A stretch of DNA of 64,000 bases from Candidatus Binataceae bacterium. GTDB taxonomy: Bacteria > Desulfobacterota > Binatia > Binatales > Binataceae. The position numbers and the translations under genes are program-made. The notes under the pieces were generated by a model. That model did no database searches, was not told where the DNA came from, and saw nothing but the letters and a program-made list of their open reading frames with translations. The stretch spans positions 10,685-74,684 of the forward strand of contig DASPOF010000027.1 of assembly GCA_035626155.1 (NCBI GenBank), given 5' to 3'. Shown here piece by piece: positions 10,208 to 20,285 of this stretch. The first letter of the stretch is position 1. Each line of letters starts with the position of its first letter.

Positions 10208-10548
10208 TACAGCTGCCGGAGAATCTCCTCGAGCACCCCCTCGATGTTGGTCAGCACCTCGCTATCCCAAAATCTCAGCACCCGGTAGCCACTCGCAGCC
10301 AGCACCGCTGAACGCCTCTGGTCAGCTCCTTGCTGAGCCGGTTCCGCGTGTTGCCCTCCGTCCAGTTCCACAATCAACTGGCGCTCGACGCAGCAGAAAT
10401 CGGCCACGTAAGGCCCGATCGGGTATTGGCGGCGAAATTTGACTCCCAGCCGGCCGGCGCGAAGCTGCATCCATAGCCTGAGCTCCGTCTCCGTTTGCTC
10501 GCGCCGCAGGTGCCGAGCCAGATCTCGCATCAATGGCGGCTTCGACAT
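10207..10548 (-). CDS. DUF559 (Vsr-like endonuclease domain) protein
   Basis: 113 aa from the ATG at 10548 (MSKPPLMRDLARHLRREQTETELRLW...RQYPIGPYVADFCCVERQLIVELDGGQH...GYRVLRFWDSEV), which is the characteristic DUF559 pattern. Flanked by inverted copies of the repeat element. Confidence 0.65.
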   Translation of the reverse strand: MSKPPLMRDLARHLRREQTETELRLWMQLRAGRLGVKFRRQYPIGPYVADFCCVERQLIVELDGGQHAEPAQQGADQRRSAVLAASGYRVLRFWDSEVLTNIEGVLEEILRQL

Positions 10549-10580
10549 GAATGCCCGGCTGTGCAGCGTATTACCTACAA

Positions 10581-10635
10581 GGTCCCTCACCCAAACCCTC
10601 TCCCATTGATCACAGGGAGAGGGCTCAGATTGTTC
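10581..10635. repeat. GGGAGAGGG inverted-repeat element, copy B (opposite orientation to copy A)
   Basis: Its reverse complement (gaacaatctgagccctctccc...gggagagggtttgggtgagggacc) matches copy A apart from the spacer. Confidence 0.8.
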
Positions 10636-10733
10636 TCGAGCGGCGCACCCGATTTCGCATCGAGTTGGTGAGCCTCCATAGGCAGGCCACTCAAAACCGC
10701 CCACTACGCTTTTGGCGGCGGGGAGTGCGCAAC

Positions 10734-11381
10734 CTACTGGGAGCCGGCGGACGGGCGCGATTCCTTCGCTGCGCCATCGCTCGCAACCTGGCGTATTTCC
10801 GCGGTGAGCTCGGAGGCGAACTCGGCCATCACCTGGTTGAACGACATGCTGATCGCCTCGGCGGCCTGCTCGGGCGTGTCGCCGCCGGCGGGCGACTCCT
10901 TGCTAATCACCTTGCACCACAGCGCGCGCGAGAACGGATCGCGCGGGAAGATGCAGAACCGGATCGCGACCACGCCCGTGTGCTGAGCGCCGTCGTCGAC
11001 CTCCTGGAACGCCTTGATGCGCGTATCGAGGAGCAGCGGATGGGCGGCCGCCGTCTCCGGACCGACGGGCGACGGGCTATAGATGATTTCGTGGAGCCGC
11101 TCGGAGACGAGATCGGTCGGCGGCTCGACCCATCGATGGAATTTGTAGGTGTCGAGCCGGTAGGGCGAAGTCTGGTAGGCGATCCCCGTGTCCTGGAAGG
11201 GCTCGGAGCCTGTCACGTTGCGAAGCTCGATCCTGGCGGTGGGCGGAATCTCTGCAACCGCGGTCGTGGGGGCGAGCTGGTATCGATGCGTCGCCGGAAC
11301 GCTTCGCGCGAGCAGGCTGCATCCCGCGAAGCTCGCCGCCAGCGTCAGCGCAATCGGGGTGGCCGCGCGCTCGCGCATCAT
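10734..11381 (-). CDS. ABC-transport auxiliary lipoprotein (DUF330/PqiC-like) of the Mla/MCE operon
   Basis: Lipoprotein signal with lipobox (LTLAASFAGC). Start ATGATG(A) overlaps the stop of the upstream MCE gene. Confidence 0.6.
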   Translation of the reverse strand: MMRERAATPIALTLAASFAGCSLLARSVPATHRYQLAPTTAVAEIPPTARIELRNVTGSEPFQDTGIAYQTSPYRLDTYKFHRWVEPPTDLVSERLHEIIYSPSPVGPETAAAHPLLLDTRIKAFQEVDDGAQHTGVVAIRFCIFPRDPFSRALWCKVISKESPAGGDTPEQAAEAISMSFNQVMAEFASELTAEIRQVASDGAAKESRPSAGSQ

Positions 11382-12316
11382 TGATTCACCTCTCGGGTCG
11401 ATACCTTGCTTCCCCAAATCACCACGGAGGGGTCGGCCTGGATCGTCTGGAGGGTCTCATCGAGATGGCGTGAGGCGTGGCCGATTTCGAGCAGGGTGCG
11501 ATCGATGTCCTGGTAGTTGCGGCTCATGAGCCCGTTGGTGGTTTCGAGCAAGGTCTGCGCAGAATCCATCGCGCTGCCCGCGCGCACCAGCACGGTGTTC
11601 AGGTTGTTCATCGTCTCACCGGAACGCTTCGAGAACACCTCGGTGGCGACCGCCGCATGATCGGCGGCGCGGTTGAGCCGCCCGGCCGCCTCGCTCAGGT
11701 TTGCCAGCGTCGTGTTGATCGATTCGAGCCGGTGGGCCTCGGCGAGGTCGGCGGTGATCGTGCGAAGATTCCTGGTCGTCGCGTCGAGGTTCTGGATCAC
11801 GTCACTGAGCGCGGCGCGGTTCTGCTTGTTGAGCGTATCCTCGTTGAGCCCGGAGACAAGCTGGTAGGTCTGGTTGCTCACTTCCAAAGCCTGGCGGCGG
11901 AAATCCTCGAAGGACGACTCAACCGCGGTAATCGCCTGCTCTTCTCCGAGTTCGCCCGACTGGCGCGAACCGCCGGTCAGCTCGATGAACTGGATTCCGG
12001 TAACGAGATTCCCCTCCAGGCGCGCCACCGTATCCCTGTACACCGGCGTCCCTGGCTTGACCTCCAGGTTCACCTCGACGCGCGGAGGGCTGTCACGGGT
12101 GAGATTGACGGCGATGACCTTGCCGACCTCCACCCCGTTCAGTTCGACCGACGCGCCCGGCAGCAGCCCGCTTACCGAGCGGGTGAAGACGATGCGGTAG
12201 CGGTCCACGGGACGCAGGAATCGCGAGCCTGCAAGCCAAAGAATCCCGATCAGGAGGACCACCGCGGTCCCCGTGACGAAGGCCCCGACCACGACTGTTC
12301 GTTCACGCCTCGCCAT
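11378..12316 (-). CDS. mlaD: MCE-domain protein (MlaD/PqiB-like)
   Basis: N-terminal TM followed by an Mce domain (VELNGVEVGKVIAVNL) and a long helical C-terminus. ATG at 12316. Confidence 0.8.
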   Translation of the reverse strand: MARRERTVVVGAFVTGTAVVLLIGILWLAGSRFLRPVDRYRIVFTRSVSGLLPGASVELNGVEVGKVIAVNLTRDSPPRVEVNLEVKPGTPVYRDTVARLEGNLVTGIQFIELTGGSRQSGELGEEQAITAVESSFEDFRRQALEVSNQTYQLVSGLNEDTLNKQNRAALSDVIQNLDATTRNLRTITADLAEAHRLESINTTLANLSEAAGRLNRAADHAAVATEVFSKRSGETMNNLNTVLVRAGSAMDSAQTLLETTNGLMSRNYQDIDRTLLEIGHASRHLDETLQTIQADPSVVIWGSKVSTREVNQ

Positions 12317-12473
12317 GTTTGATGCTCCAATCGTCAGGATTGCAGGCCGGAAGGTTCCCCTCGCCTGCGGGCCGCCGTCCGCGCCCGATTTAGCCTATCG
12401 CCCATCGTGAGCCTTTGTAAGCCGCCCGGTCCATCGCGTGTCGCCGGCAGACGAGCGGACGGTGCCCGTACCT

Positions 12474-13268
12474 TCATTCCCCCATCTGGTTGATAAGACC
12501 GACGATCGGGCGCGAATCGCCTTCGGGATCGCGCTTTGCCTCGCGAGCAAAGAACGCGTGCACCTGCGGATTGTCCATCGCTCGCAGCTTCGAAATCGTG
12601 CCCTCGGCGATTACTTTGCCCCGGTCGAGCATGAGGGCGCGATCGGCGATCGTCTCGATGCTGGCGAGCTCGTGAGTGACAACCACCATCGCGACACCGA
12701 GCCGTTGCTTGAGTCCGACGATGAGATCGTCGAGAGCGCGCGCGGTCACCGGGTCGAGCCCCGCCGACGGCTCATCGAAGAGCAGGACCTCGGGATCGAG
12801 CGCGAGCGCGCGGGCGAGCCCGGCGCGCTTTTTCATCCCGCCGCTAATCTCCGAGGGCAGCAGGGCGGCCGAGGTCTCCAGCCCCACCAGCGCAAGCTTC
12901 ATCCGCGCGATGATCGCGGCGATCTCGGGGGCAACATGGCGATGCTCGACCAGCGGGAACGCGATGTTCTCTTCGAGCGTGAGCGAGCTGAACAGCGCAC
13001 CGGACTGAAACAGCATCCCGACCCGCTTGAGCGTCTCGTCGCGTTCGTCGTTATCAAGCGCGTAGAGATCGCGCCCGAACATCAGGACGTGGCCCGCGTC
13101 GGGCGCGCGCAGGCCCACCAGCGTGCGCAACAGCGTGGTCTTGCCGCAGCCGCTCGCGCCGAGGATTACCAGGATTTCGCGCGGGCCAAGCCGCATGCTC
13201 ACGTCATCGAGGACCGTGTGATCGCCAAATCGAACGACCAGGTTTTCGGCGCGAATCAAATCCTCCAT
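12474..13268 (-). CDS. mlaF: ABC transporter ATP-binding protein, MlaF-like
   Basis: Walker A GASGCGKTT, signature LSGGMKKR, Walker B LLLFDEPSAGLD. Confidence 0.9.
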   Translation of the reverse strand: MEDLIRAENLVVRFGDHTVLDDVSMRLGPREILVILGASGCGKTTLLRTLVGLRAPDAGHVLMFGRDLYALDNDERDETLKRVGMLFQSGALFSSLTLEENIAFPLVEHRHVAPEIAAIIARMKLALVGLETSAALLPSEISGGMKKRAGLARALALDPEVLLFDEPSAGLDPVTARALDDLIVGLKQRLGVAMVVVTHELASIETIADRALMLDRGKVIAEGTISKLRAMDNPQVHAFFAREAKRDPEGDSRPIVGLINQMGE

Positions 13269-13272
13269 GGCA

Positions 13273-14457
13273 TCACCCGATCAGGTAGAAGAACAGTGTG
13301 AAGACCGCATCGGCGGCGATCGCCGCGATTATCGACGTGACCACCGCGCGGGTGGTCGCCGCGCCGACGCCCTCCGCGCCGCCCGCGACGTTCAGTCCCT
13401 CGTGGCACGAGATGAGCCCGATCAGCGATGCGAACACGACGCTCTTGATCAGCCCCGTCACGACGTCGTTGATGTAGAGCGTCTGTGCGGTCTGGCGCAG
13501 GTAGTTGTTCGAGCCAAGCCCCATTCCGGGCACGGCGATCAGATAGCCGCCAAGCATCCCGCAGACGTCGCTCATTACGGTCAGGCACGGCGCCATCACG
13601 ATCAGGGCGATCATCCGGGGCGCGACCAGGAAGCGGTTGGGCCCGAGCGCCATCGTCTTCATCGCGTCGATTTCCTCGGACACGACCATCGTGCCGAGCT
13701 CCGCGGCGATCGCGGAACCGGAGCGGCCCGCCACCAGCACCGCGGTCATCAGCGGGCCCATCTCGCGCGTCATCGTGACGCCGACCAGGTTTGCGATGTA
13801 AATCGACGCGCCGAACTGGCTCAGTTCGCGCGCACCGTTCAGCGCGAGCACCACGCCGACCAGGACCGAAATGAAGAGCACGAGCGGGATGCCGCCGATG
13901 CCGATCAGGTCCATTTGCTCGATGATCGAGCGCCACACCCAGCCCTTGCCGACGAACGGGTCCACAAAAATCGCGCTTGCGATGTCGGCGCTGCGCTGGC
14001 GCCACCCCTGCCAGTCTGCGGCGACCAGCAACGCGCGCTCGCCTACCAGCTCCAGGAGCGACTCCTCGGGCCGCCTCGCCTCTTCGTGCGAGAGCAGCGG
14101 ACGCAGCGATGCGTCCAGCGCCTGGCGGAGATTCTCGGGGAGACCCGTGATTTCGAGCTTGAGCTTGCGTTCGGAGGCATCGCCGGCCAGCCGCGCGAGC
14201 ACTGCGACGTCGGCCATCGAGAGCGTTCCGCATCCGCTCACATCGAGCCGGACGGCGCCATTGGGAGGAATTTTGAGCACGCGGTTGCGAAGCCGCGCAA
14301 AAGATTTCTCGTCAGTAGCGAGATCGTCGCGGCTCAAACGGATTGCCGCGGATCGGGTCGTGTCGGGAGGACGTTCGTTCACTTGCCGGTCTGCCGTGGC
14401 GCTCGCGCCGGACCGCCCCCTTGGCGCTCGATCGAGCGCAACGCTTGAAGCTATCAC
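13273..14457 (-). CDS. mlaE: MlaE-family ABC permease with an N-terminal STAS (MlaB-like) domain fused
   Basis: N-terminal about 110 aa STAS-like (RLSRDDLATDEKSFARLRNRVL...KLEITGLPENLRQAL), then the MlaE permease core (EIDAMKTMALGP..., multiple TM helices). Start codon uncertain; GTG at 14457. Confidence 0.75.
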   Translation of the reverse strand: MIASSVALDRAPRGRSGASATADRQVNERPPDTTRSAAIRLSRDDLATDEKSFARLRNRVLKIPPNGAVRLDVSGCGTLSMADVAVLARLAGDASERKLKLEITGLPENLRQALDASLRPLLSHEEARRPEESLLELVGERALLVAADWQGWRQRSADIASAIFVDPFVGKGWVWRSIIEQMDLIGIGGIPLVLFISVLVGVVLALNGARELSQFGASIYIANLVGVTMTREMGPLMTAVLVAGRSGSAIAAELGTMVVSEEIDAMKTMALGPNRFLVAPRMIALIVMAPCLTVMSDVCGMLGGYLIAVPGMGLGSNNYLRQTAQTLYINDVVTGLIKSVVFASLIGLISCHEGLNVAGGAEGVGAATTRAVVTSIIAAIAADAVFTLFFYLIG

Positions 14458-14658
14458 GCGCCGCGCCGGATCGGCAATTTTGCCACCCGGCGGCGAGCCG
14501 GGCTCGCGGCCCGGCCCGCATCGGATTGCGGCAGGGCGGCCGGCAATCCTGGGTGTTGAAAATTCACCATGGTCCCGTGCTAAAAGGCGAAGAAAGCGAA
14601 GTGCGGCGGACCGAACCTGATGCCGGGTCCGGCGCGCCGCATTCCGGCCGGAGGCATT

Positions 14659-14991
14659 ATGCGCGTTTGGACGACCATCCTATGCGGTATCGTGGTGGGC
14701 CTGGCGCTCGGGATCGCAGGATGCGGTCACAAGCTCGTCGCGACCGGCGCCCAGCACACCGTGAACGTCTATCCCGATGAAGACACCTACAAGAAGCTCG
14801 CGCAGATGAAGGATCAGGGAGGGGTCGCCGGGATGCTGAGCGGGCTTGGCGAAAATCTCGCGACCAGGAAGGTCGAGGACAAGACGCCGGTCAAAATCAT
14901 CTCCAGCGATGACCTCGGCTCGCAGGTCGAGGTGACCGGAGGGCCGTCGGCGGGCACCAAGGGCTTCGTCGCGAAGGAAAACGTCGATTAG
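14659..14991 (+). CDS. Small lipoprotein, hypothetical
   Basis: GGAGG RBS and a lipobox (LALGIAGC). Confidence 0.55.
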   Translation: MRVWTTILCGIVVGLALGIAGCGHKLVATGAQHTVNVYPDEDTYKKLAQMKDQGGVAGMLSGLGENLATRKVEDKTPVKIISSDDLGSQVEVTGGPSAGTKGFVAKENVD

Positions 14992-15057
14992 CGGGGAGCC
15001 TGCGCACTCGCGCGCAAGCTCCGGCGCATTTACCACCGAGCGCCGATTCCCCGCCCC

Positions 15058-16311
15058 TCACGGCGCGCCACGATAGGCGCGCGGTACCGTTCCGATTACC
15101 CCGGCCGCCTCGAGCTCGCCGATCTCGTCATCGCTCATGCTCAGCAGGCGCCGGAAGACCTCGGCGTTATGCTGGCCCAGGAGCGGCGCGGGACGATCGG
15201 CGCGCAGCGGCGATTGCGCAAGCCGCGCGACGGCGCCCGGGTAGAGATGCGTTCCCACCACCGCGCGTTCGATCGGAACGAAGTAGTCGCGGCCATGCAG
15301 TTGCGAATCCGCGAGTATCGCGGACGCCGAATTGACGTGGGCCGCGTACACTCCCGCCGCACTCAGTCTTGCTACCGCGTCATCGAGCGCGAGCGCGCCC
15401 AGCGCGCGCGCAAGTTCCGCGTCGAGCGCATCCTCGTTGGCCTTGCGCGACACGGCATCGGCGAAGCGCCCGTCGGTGGCGAGACGGTCCGGCCCTAGCG
15501 CGGCGGCGAGCGCGCGCCACTGCTCCTCGGTCTCGGCGGCAAGCGCGATCCAGTTCTGATCCTCGCCGGCGCACCGGTAGATTCCGTGCGGCGCGAACTC
15601 GGGATGGCGATTTCCGCGCGGCTGCGGGACCGCACCGGTCAGCTCGTACTCGATGATCTTCTCGCCGACCAGCGGGATGGCGGCTTCGACCTGCGCAAGC
15701 TCGATCCATTGCCCGCGCCCGGTGCGCTCGCGCTCGTGAAGCGCCGCGAGCACCGCGAGCATCCCGTTGAGTCCGCCGATCGGATCGCCAAGCGCATTGG
15801 AGAGCATGTAGCGCTGATCGGCGTCATGATAGGCGGTCAGCGCGGTCATCCCGGCCATGCCCTCGATCGTATTGCCGTATCCGCGCGCGTTGGATTCGGG
15901 ACCGTCGGACCCGAACGAGGGCATCGAGATCATCACCAGGCGCGGGTTGAGCGCGCCGAGCACGTCGCGCGTCAGCCCGAACCGCCGCATCACGCCCGGA
16001 GTGAAGTTCTCGATGAATACGTCGGAAATCGCCGCGAGCCGCTTCACCATCGCGATGCCGCGCGGATTGGTGAGATCGATCGTCACGCCGAGCTTGCCGC
16101 GGTTGGCGGTATTGAAGACCGCGGCGCGCTCGATCGGCTGCGATTGCGGCGGGCCCATCGAGAGCGACCCGCGCCACCAGTCGAAGTGATGCGTGTCCTC
16201 GACCTTCACCACCTCGGCGCCCATCTCGGCCAGCATCTCGCCGACGAGCGGTCCCGCCCATCCCATCGAGATATCCAGGACACGGATTTTGCCATCGAGC
16301 ACGGTCATCAT
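15058..16311 (-). CDS. Family III CoA-transferase (CaiB/BaiF/Frc family)
   Basis: Full-length family-III fold (VLDISMGWAGPLVGEMLAEMGAEVVKVE...). Start overlaps the upstream paralog stop (ATGA). Confidence 0.85.
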   Translation of the reverse strand: MMTVLDGKIRVLDISMGWAGPLVGEMLAEMGAEVVKVEDTHHFDWWRGSLSMGPPQSQPIERAAVFNTANRGKLGVTIDLTNPRGIAMVKRLAAISDVFIENFTPGVMRRFGLTRDVLGALNPRLVMISMPSFGSDGPESNARGYGNTIEGMAGMTALTAYHDADQRYMLSNALGDPIGGLNGMLAVLAALHERERTGRGQWIELAQVEAAIPLVGEKIIEYELTGAVPQPRGNRHPEFAPHGIYRCAGEDQNWIALAAETEEQWRALAAALGPDRLATDGRFADAVSRKANEDALDAELARALGALALDDAVARLSAAGVYAAHVNSASAILADSQLHGRDYFVPIERAVVGTHLYPGAVARLAQSPLRADRPAPLLGQHNAEVFRRLLSMSDDEIGELEAAGVIGTVPRAYRGAP

Positions 16312-17528
16312 AATGTCCCCGCGCTGCGAAGCTCCGAGAGCCGGGCGCCATCGAGACCGAGACGCGCACCGAGGACCTCGCGATTATGTTCGCCGAGCAG
16401 AGGCGCCGGCCGCGACGGCACGGGGCGATGCGACGTCAGCCGAAGCGGCGAGCCCGGAATCCGGAACCGGCCCAGCACGGGATCATCGATCGTCTCGAAG
16501 TAATTGCGCGCTTTCGTTTGCTCCCATTCGAGGACTTCGGCCACGTTCGGGACCGGGGTCATCGGGATGCCGCGCCCCTGCCCCTCGCGGTAGAGCCACT
16601 GGCGATCGTGCTCGAGGAAGAACGGCTCGATGATTTCGAGCAGCGCGTCGCTGTTGATCATCCGCAGCCGCGCCGTGTGAAAGCGCGGGTCGCGCACCAG
16701 TTCGCTCCGCCCCATCATCTCGCAGAGCGCCTCGAACTGGCGGTCGGTCACGCAATGGATGCCGGCATAGCCGTCCTGGCACTTGAGCGTGACGATCACG
16801 AACGGTCCAATCGCATAGCGCTTGCCCACGCGCCTGCGCACGATCCCGGAATACTGGAAGCTGACCGGGTCGTAGATCAGCGTCGCCGCGAGCGCCTCCA
16901 GCAGCGAGATATCGACGTGCTGGCCGCGGCCAAGCGCGAGGTCGCGCGCCATCAGCGCCTGCATCGCGCCGATCGCGCCGTAGAGTCCGCCCATGTACTG
17001 CCCGAGCGAGCCGGGCGGCGTAAGCGGCTCGCGATCGGGTTCGCCCACTGCGAAGGTCCATCCGCCACGCGCGAACAGCGTCAGGTCGTTGAGAATCCCG
17101 TCGCGGTCGGGGCCGTCCTGCCCGAAGTTGGAAATCGAGACGATCGAGAGGCGCGGGAATTTCGCGAGAAGATCGGCGGGCGCGAGGCCCCATCCGGCGA
17201 GCGTACCGGGCGCGAAGTTCTCGACCAGCAAGTCCGCCTGCGCGAGCAGCGCAAGCAGCATCTCGCGGCCCTCCGCGTGCCCAAGATTCATCGTGACGCC
17301 GAGCTTGTTCGTGTTCAGGAATGCGAACAGGCCGCCGCGTTCGGGCCGTGCATCGCCGTCGCGCGCGCCGGGTCGGAATGGTCCGATCCGCCGCCCGCCC
17401 TCGCCCCATGGCGGCTCGACCTTGATGACCTCGGCGCCGAGATCGGCGAGCAGCTTGGTCGCATAGGGACCCGCGATGTAGTGGGTCAGATCGACGACTT
17501 TCACATCCGAAAGCGCGCTGTATCGCAT
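16308..17528 (-). CDS. Family III CoA-transferase (second tandem copy)
   Basis: VVDLTHYIAGPYATKLLADLGAEVIKVEPP...; ATG at 17528. Confidence 0.85.
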   Translation of the reverse strand: MRYSALSDVKVVDLTHYIAGPYATKLLADLGAEVIKVEPPWGEGGRRIGPFRPGARDGDARPERGGLFAFLNTNKLGVTMNLGHAEGREMLLALLAQADLLVENFAPGTLAGWGLAPADLLAKFPRLSIVSISNFGQDGPDRDGILNDLTLFARGGWTFAVGEPDREPLTPPGSLGQYMGGLYGAIGAMQALMARDLALGRGQHVDISLLEALAATLIYDPVSFQYSGIVRRRVGKRYAIGPFVIVTLKCQDGYAGIHCVTDRQFEALCEMMGRSELVRDPRFHTARLRMINSDALLEIIEPFFLEHDRQWLYREGQGRGIPMTPVPNVAEVLEWEQTKARNYFETIDDPVLGRFRIPGSPLRLTSHRPVPSRPAPLLGEHNREVLGARLGLDGARLSELRSAGTL

Positions 17529-17711
17529 CACCGGGCCCCCGTGGCGATGACAGCGCAGGGGACGGCGCAATGTCAAATGAATCGCGCGGGCTGGTGCGCG
17601 CCGGTCACGCGGGGGATGGAAAAGCGGCGGATGGAAAACGCGAACCGCTGAGATGATGCTGAGGCAGCGGCGGCAGCCTGCGCAGGGCGCGCAGGCTCTC
17701 GAATCGTCCTC

Positions 17712-18110
<399 letters not shown>

Positions 18111-18309
18111 TTACTTTTTCCCCGTATCCGGCTCCGGGCGCAAGCCCCCCAAAACGACGTCCCTGCCAGCTAGCCTGCGCTCTTTCGGAGGCCGATGTGA
18201 GAGACGCAAGCGCGGTGCCACCGCAGATCAACGGCGCGCAGCGCCTACGAAACGTGCAATGAGGACGCGAAGTGCCTGTCGGGTGGGCGAACGACCAATC
18301 GCCGGGCAA

Positions 18310-18918
18310 TCAGGCGACGCTACTGCCGCTCCGCTTCGGCTTGAAAGTCGGCTCCTGGCCCGTGACGAGCCGGCGGATGTTTTGGTGATGGCGCAGGAGG
18401 ACCAGCGCGGCCATCACGATCGCCAGCAGCAGGTACGGACGGGGAAGCCCGAGCGCAGCAATCGTCGGAGGGAGCACGACCGCCGCGGCCATCGATGAGA
18501 GCGACATGATGCGGAAGACGCCGAACACGATCGCGAACGCAATTAGCGCGCACCCAAGCGCGAGCGGCGACAGCACCAGCCATATGCCGCACGCCGCCGA
18601 GATTCCCTTGCCGCCGCGAAAGCCCAGGAACACCGAGCATATCGAGCCGACGAATGCAGCCAGCGCGACCCCCGCGACAACCGGCGCATCGAAGCCGGCA
18701 ACGCGCGCGAATACCACCGGAATCGCGCCTTTGAGCATGTCGCCGACGAACGTCGCGGCCGCGGCGCCCGTGCCGCCCGCCCGCGCGACGTTGGCCATCC
18801 CGATATTGCCCGAGCCGACTTTGCGCGGGTCGAACCCGCCGATCCGGCCGGCGATCACCCCGAACGGTATCGATCCAATCAGGTAGGAGCAGGCGAGCAG
18901 TAACGCGACGTTAAGCAA
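18310..18918 (-). CDS. plsY: Glycerol-3-phosphate acyltransferase PlsY
   Basis: Polytopic protein with PlsY motifs (GSGNIGMANV, FLGFRGGKG). Confidence 0.85.
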   Translation of the reverse strand: MLNVALLLACSYLIGSIPFGVIAGRIGGFDPRKVGSGNIGMANVARAGGTGAAAATFVGDMLKGAIPVVFARVAGFDAPVVAGVALAAFVGSICSVFLGFRGGKGISAACGIWLVLSPLALGCALIAFAIVFGVFRIMSLSSMAAAVVLPPTIAALGLPRPYLLLAIVMAALVLLRHHQNIRRLVTGQEPTFKPKRSGSSVA

Positions 18919-18942
18919 GGTTCCCCCCGTATTACGGAAAGG

Positions 18943-19020
18943 TGGTCGGGGTGACTGGATTTGAACCAGCGACTCCTGCGTCCCGAACGCAGTGCTCTAG
19001 CCAGGCTGAGCTACACCCCG
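18943..19020 (-). tRNA. tRNA-Pro (anticodon CGG)
   Basis: The reverse complement folds as a cloverleaf: acceptor CGGGGTG/CACCCCG, D-arm GCTC/GAGC, anticodon stem CTGCG/CGCAG with loop TTCGGGA, T-arm with TTCAAAT, discriminator A and an encoded CCA. Confidence 0.85.
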
Positions 19021-19123
19021 ATTCGCTGTGGCGCGTATCCACGAGGACGCCGACGGAATTTATACCATCCGGCTCCATCGCGCGCGAGTGGGAGCGACCG
19101 ATGGTTCGAGTCCGACGTCATGG

Positions 19124-20134
19124 TCAGCGCTCGCCCTTCCCCATCCCCTCCCCCGTTCCGGGCGAAGGATTAGAGGCGCACATCGCATTGAGCAGGGGCA
19201 TCATCGTGGCGCGGTCGGTGAAGCGCGAGAGCGCCAAACCGCGCTGGATGGCGAACTCATCGGGGAACGGCCGCCCTTCCTCGGAAATGAAACGCGGGTC
19301 CGGCTGGTAGACCGGATCGGCCAGCGCCTCATCGAGGCTTATCAGCGTTGCGCCCTTTGCGCGAAAGTCCGCGAGAATCGAGTCCAGCGTCAGCGCATCA
19401 AAAGCGCCCACGTGAACCAGCAGAATGTGGGCGATATCGCGGCCAAACAGCTCGCGCGCCAAAGCCGCCGCTCCGATTGCGCGGCGCTCAGCAGCCGGAA
19501 CCACGTTGGCTTTGAGCCACGCGACCGATTTGTCATTGTGCTGAATCACGCATCGCGCATACGCGTCGGTCCAGACCCAGTCGTCGTAGTCGATACTAAC
19601 CTGGGCGATTCGATAGCCATTCTTCTTCAAATAGTCCCTGACCTGGTCCCGCTTCTTCTGAGTATTTCCCTCTGACAGGAATGGATATCGGAACACCCGC
19701 CGGCGCTCGATCAATGGCGAGAATGAAGCGAGTGTCGCGAGCATACGGTCAAGCTTTTCGATATCGGCGATAAATGCGCGCGCGGAGACCTTATTGAGAT
19801 CGAGGTGATGGAAAGTATGATTCCCGAGCGGATTCCCGGCCGCCAGCCAATCTTTCAGGATCGCAAGGTTCTCGGGCCGCTCGGCAAGCGTCTCGACATT
19901 GGCAAATCCGTAAGTTGCGGGTGCGCCGTTCTGTTTAAGCGCGCGAATGACGCCGCGTACGATTTCTCTCCGCTCGATGCCGGGAATGTCGTCGCCGTGC
20001 ACGGGAAGGTCATCGACCGTGACTGCAATCTTCACTCCTTTAAGCGGCAAATCGCGAGACGAGGAGGGCGGCGCCGCAAGCGCGATGCCTGCGGCCAAGA
20101 GAATCGTTACCACCGCCGAGACAACGAATCGCAC
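19124..20134 (-). CDS. Polysaccharide deacetylase (NodB-homology) family protein, secreted
   Basis: NodB-type motifs (TVDDLP, HTFHH..., LLVHV). Likely GTG start at 20134, giving a classic signal peptide (MRFVVSAVVTILLAAGIALAAP). The ORF is open to the ATG at 20266 but that adds 44 non-signal residues. Confidence 0.7.
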   Translation of the reverse strand: MRFVVSAVVTILLAAGIALAAPPSSSRDLPLKGVKIAVTVDDLPVHGDDIPGIERREIVRGVIRALKQNGAPATYGFANVETLAERPENLAILKDWLAAGNPLGNHTFHHLDLNKVSARAFIADIEKLDRMLATLASFSPLIERRRVFRYPFLSEGNTQKKRDQVRDYLKKNGYRIAQVSIDYDDWVWTDAYARCVIQHNDKSVAWLKANVVPAAERRAIGAAALARELFGRDIAHILLVHVGAFDALTLDSILADFRAKGATLISLDEALADPVYQPDPRFISEEGRPFPDEFAIQRGLALSRFTDRATMMPLLNAMCASNPSPGTGEGMGKGER

Positions 20135-20285
20135 TGATACTCTCAAATCGACCCAGACCCCGCCGCGAAACCTACCGCGGGTTAAATCGCGATGCCACCC
20201 TGGACAACCTCGATGCGACCGGGAATCGCACGCGGAAGAATCGCGTGAGTCCTTTTCTCCGGCCATTCTGCGCAGGCGCCCTTCT

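Noticed and set aside
13267-14448. 393-aa + strand ORF (and many similar ones, such as 2419-3561, 5230-5979, 6769-7935, 12438-13301, 15586-16503, 16386-17651, 39348-40574, 53723-54592 and 22055-23158).
   Set aside because: They lie antisense to strongly supported genes and have Arg/Asp/His/Gly-rich low-complexity translations with no domain signatures. This is the usual open antisense frame artefact of about 66% GC DNA.
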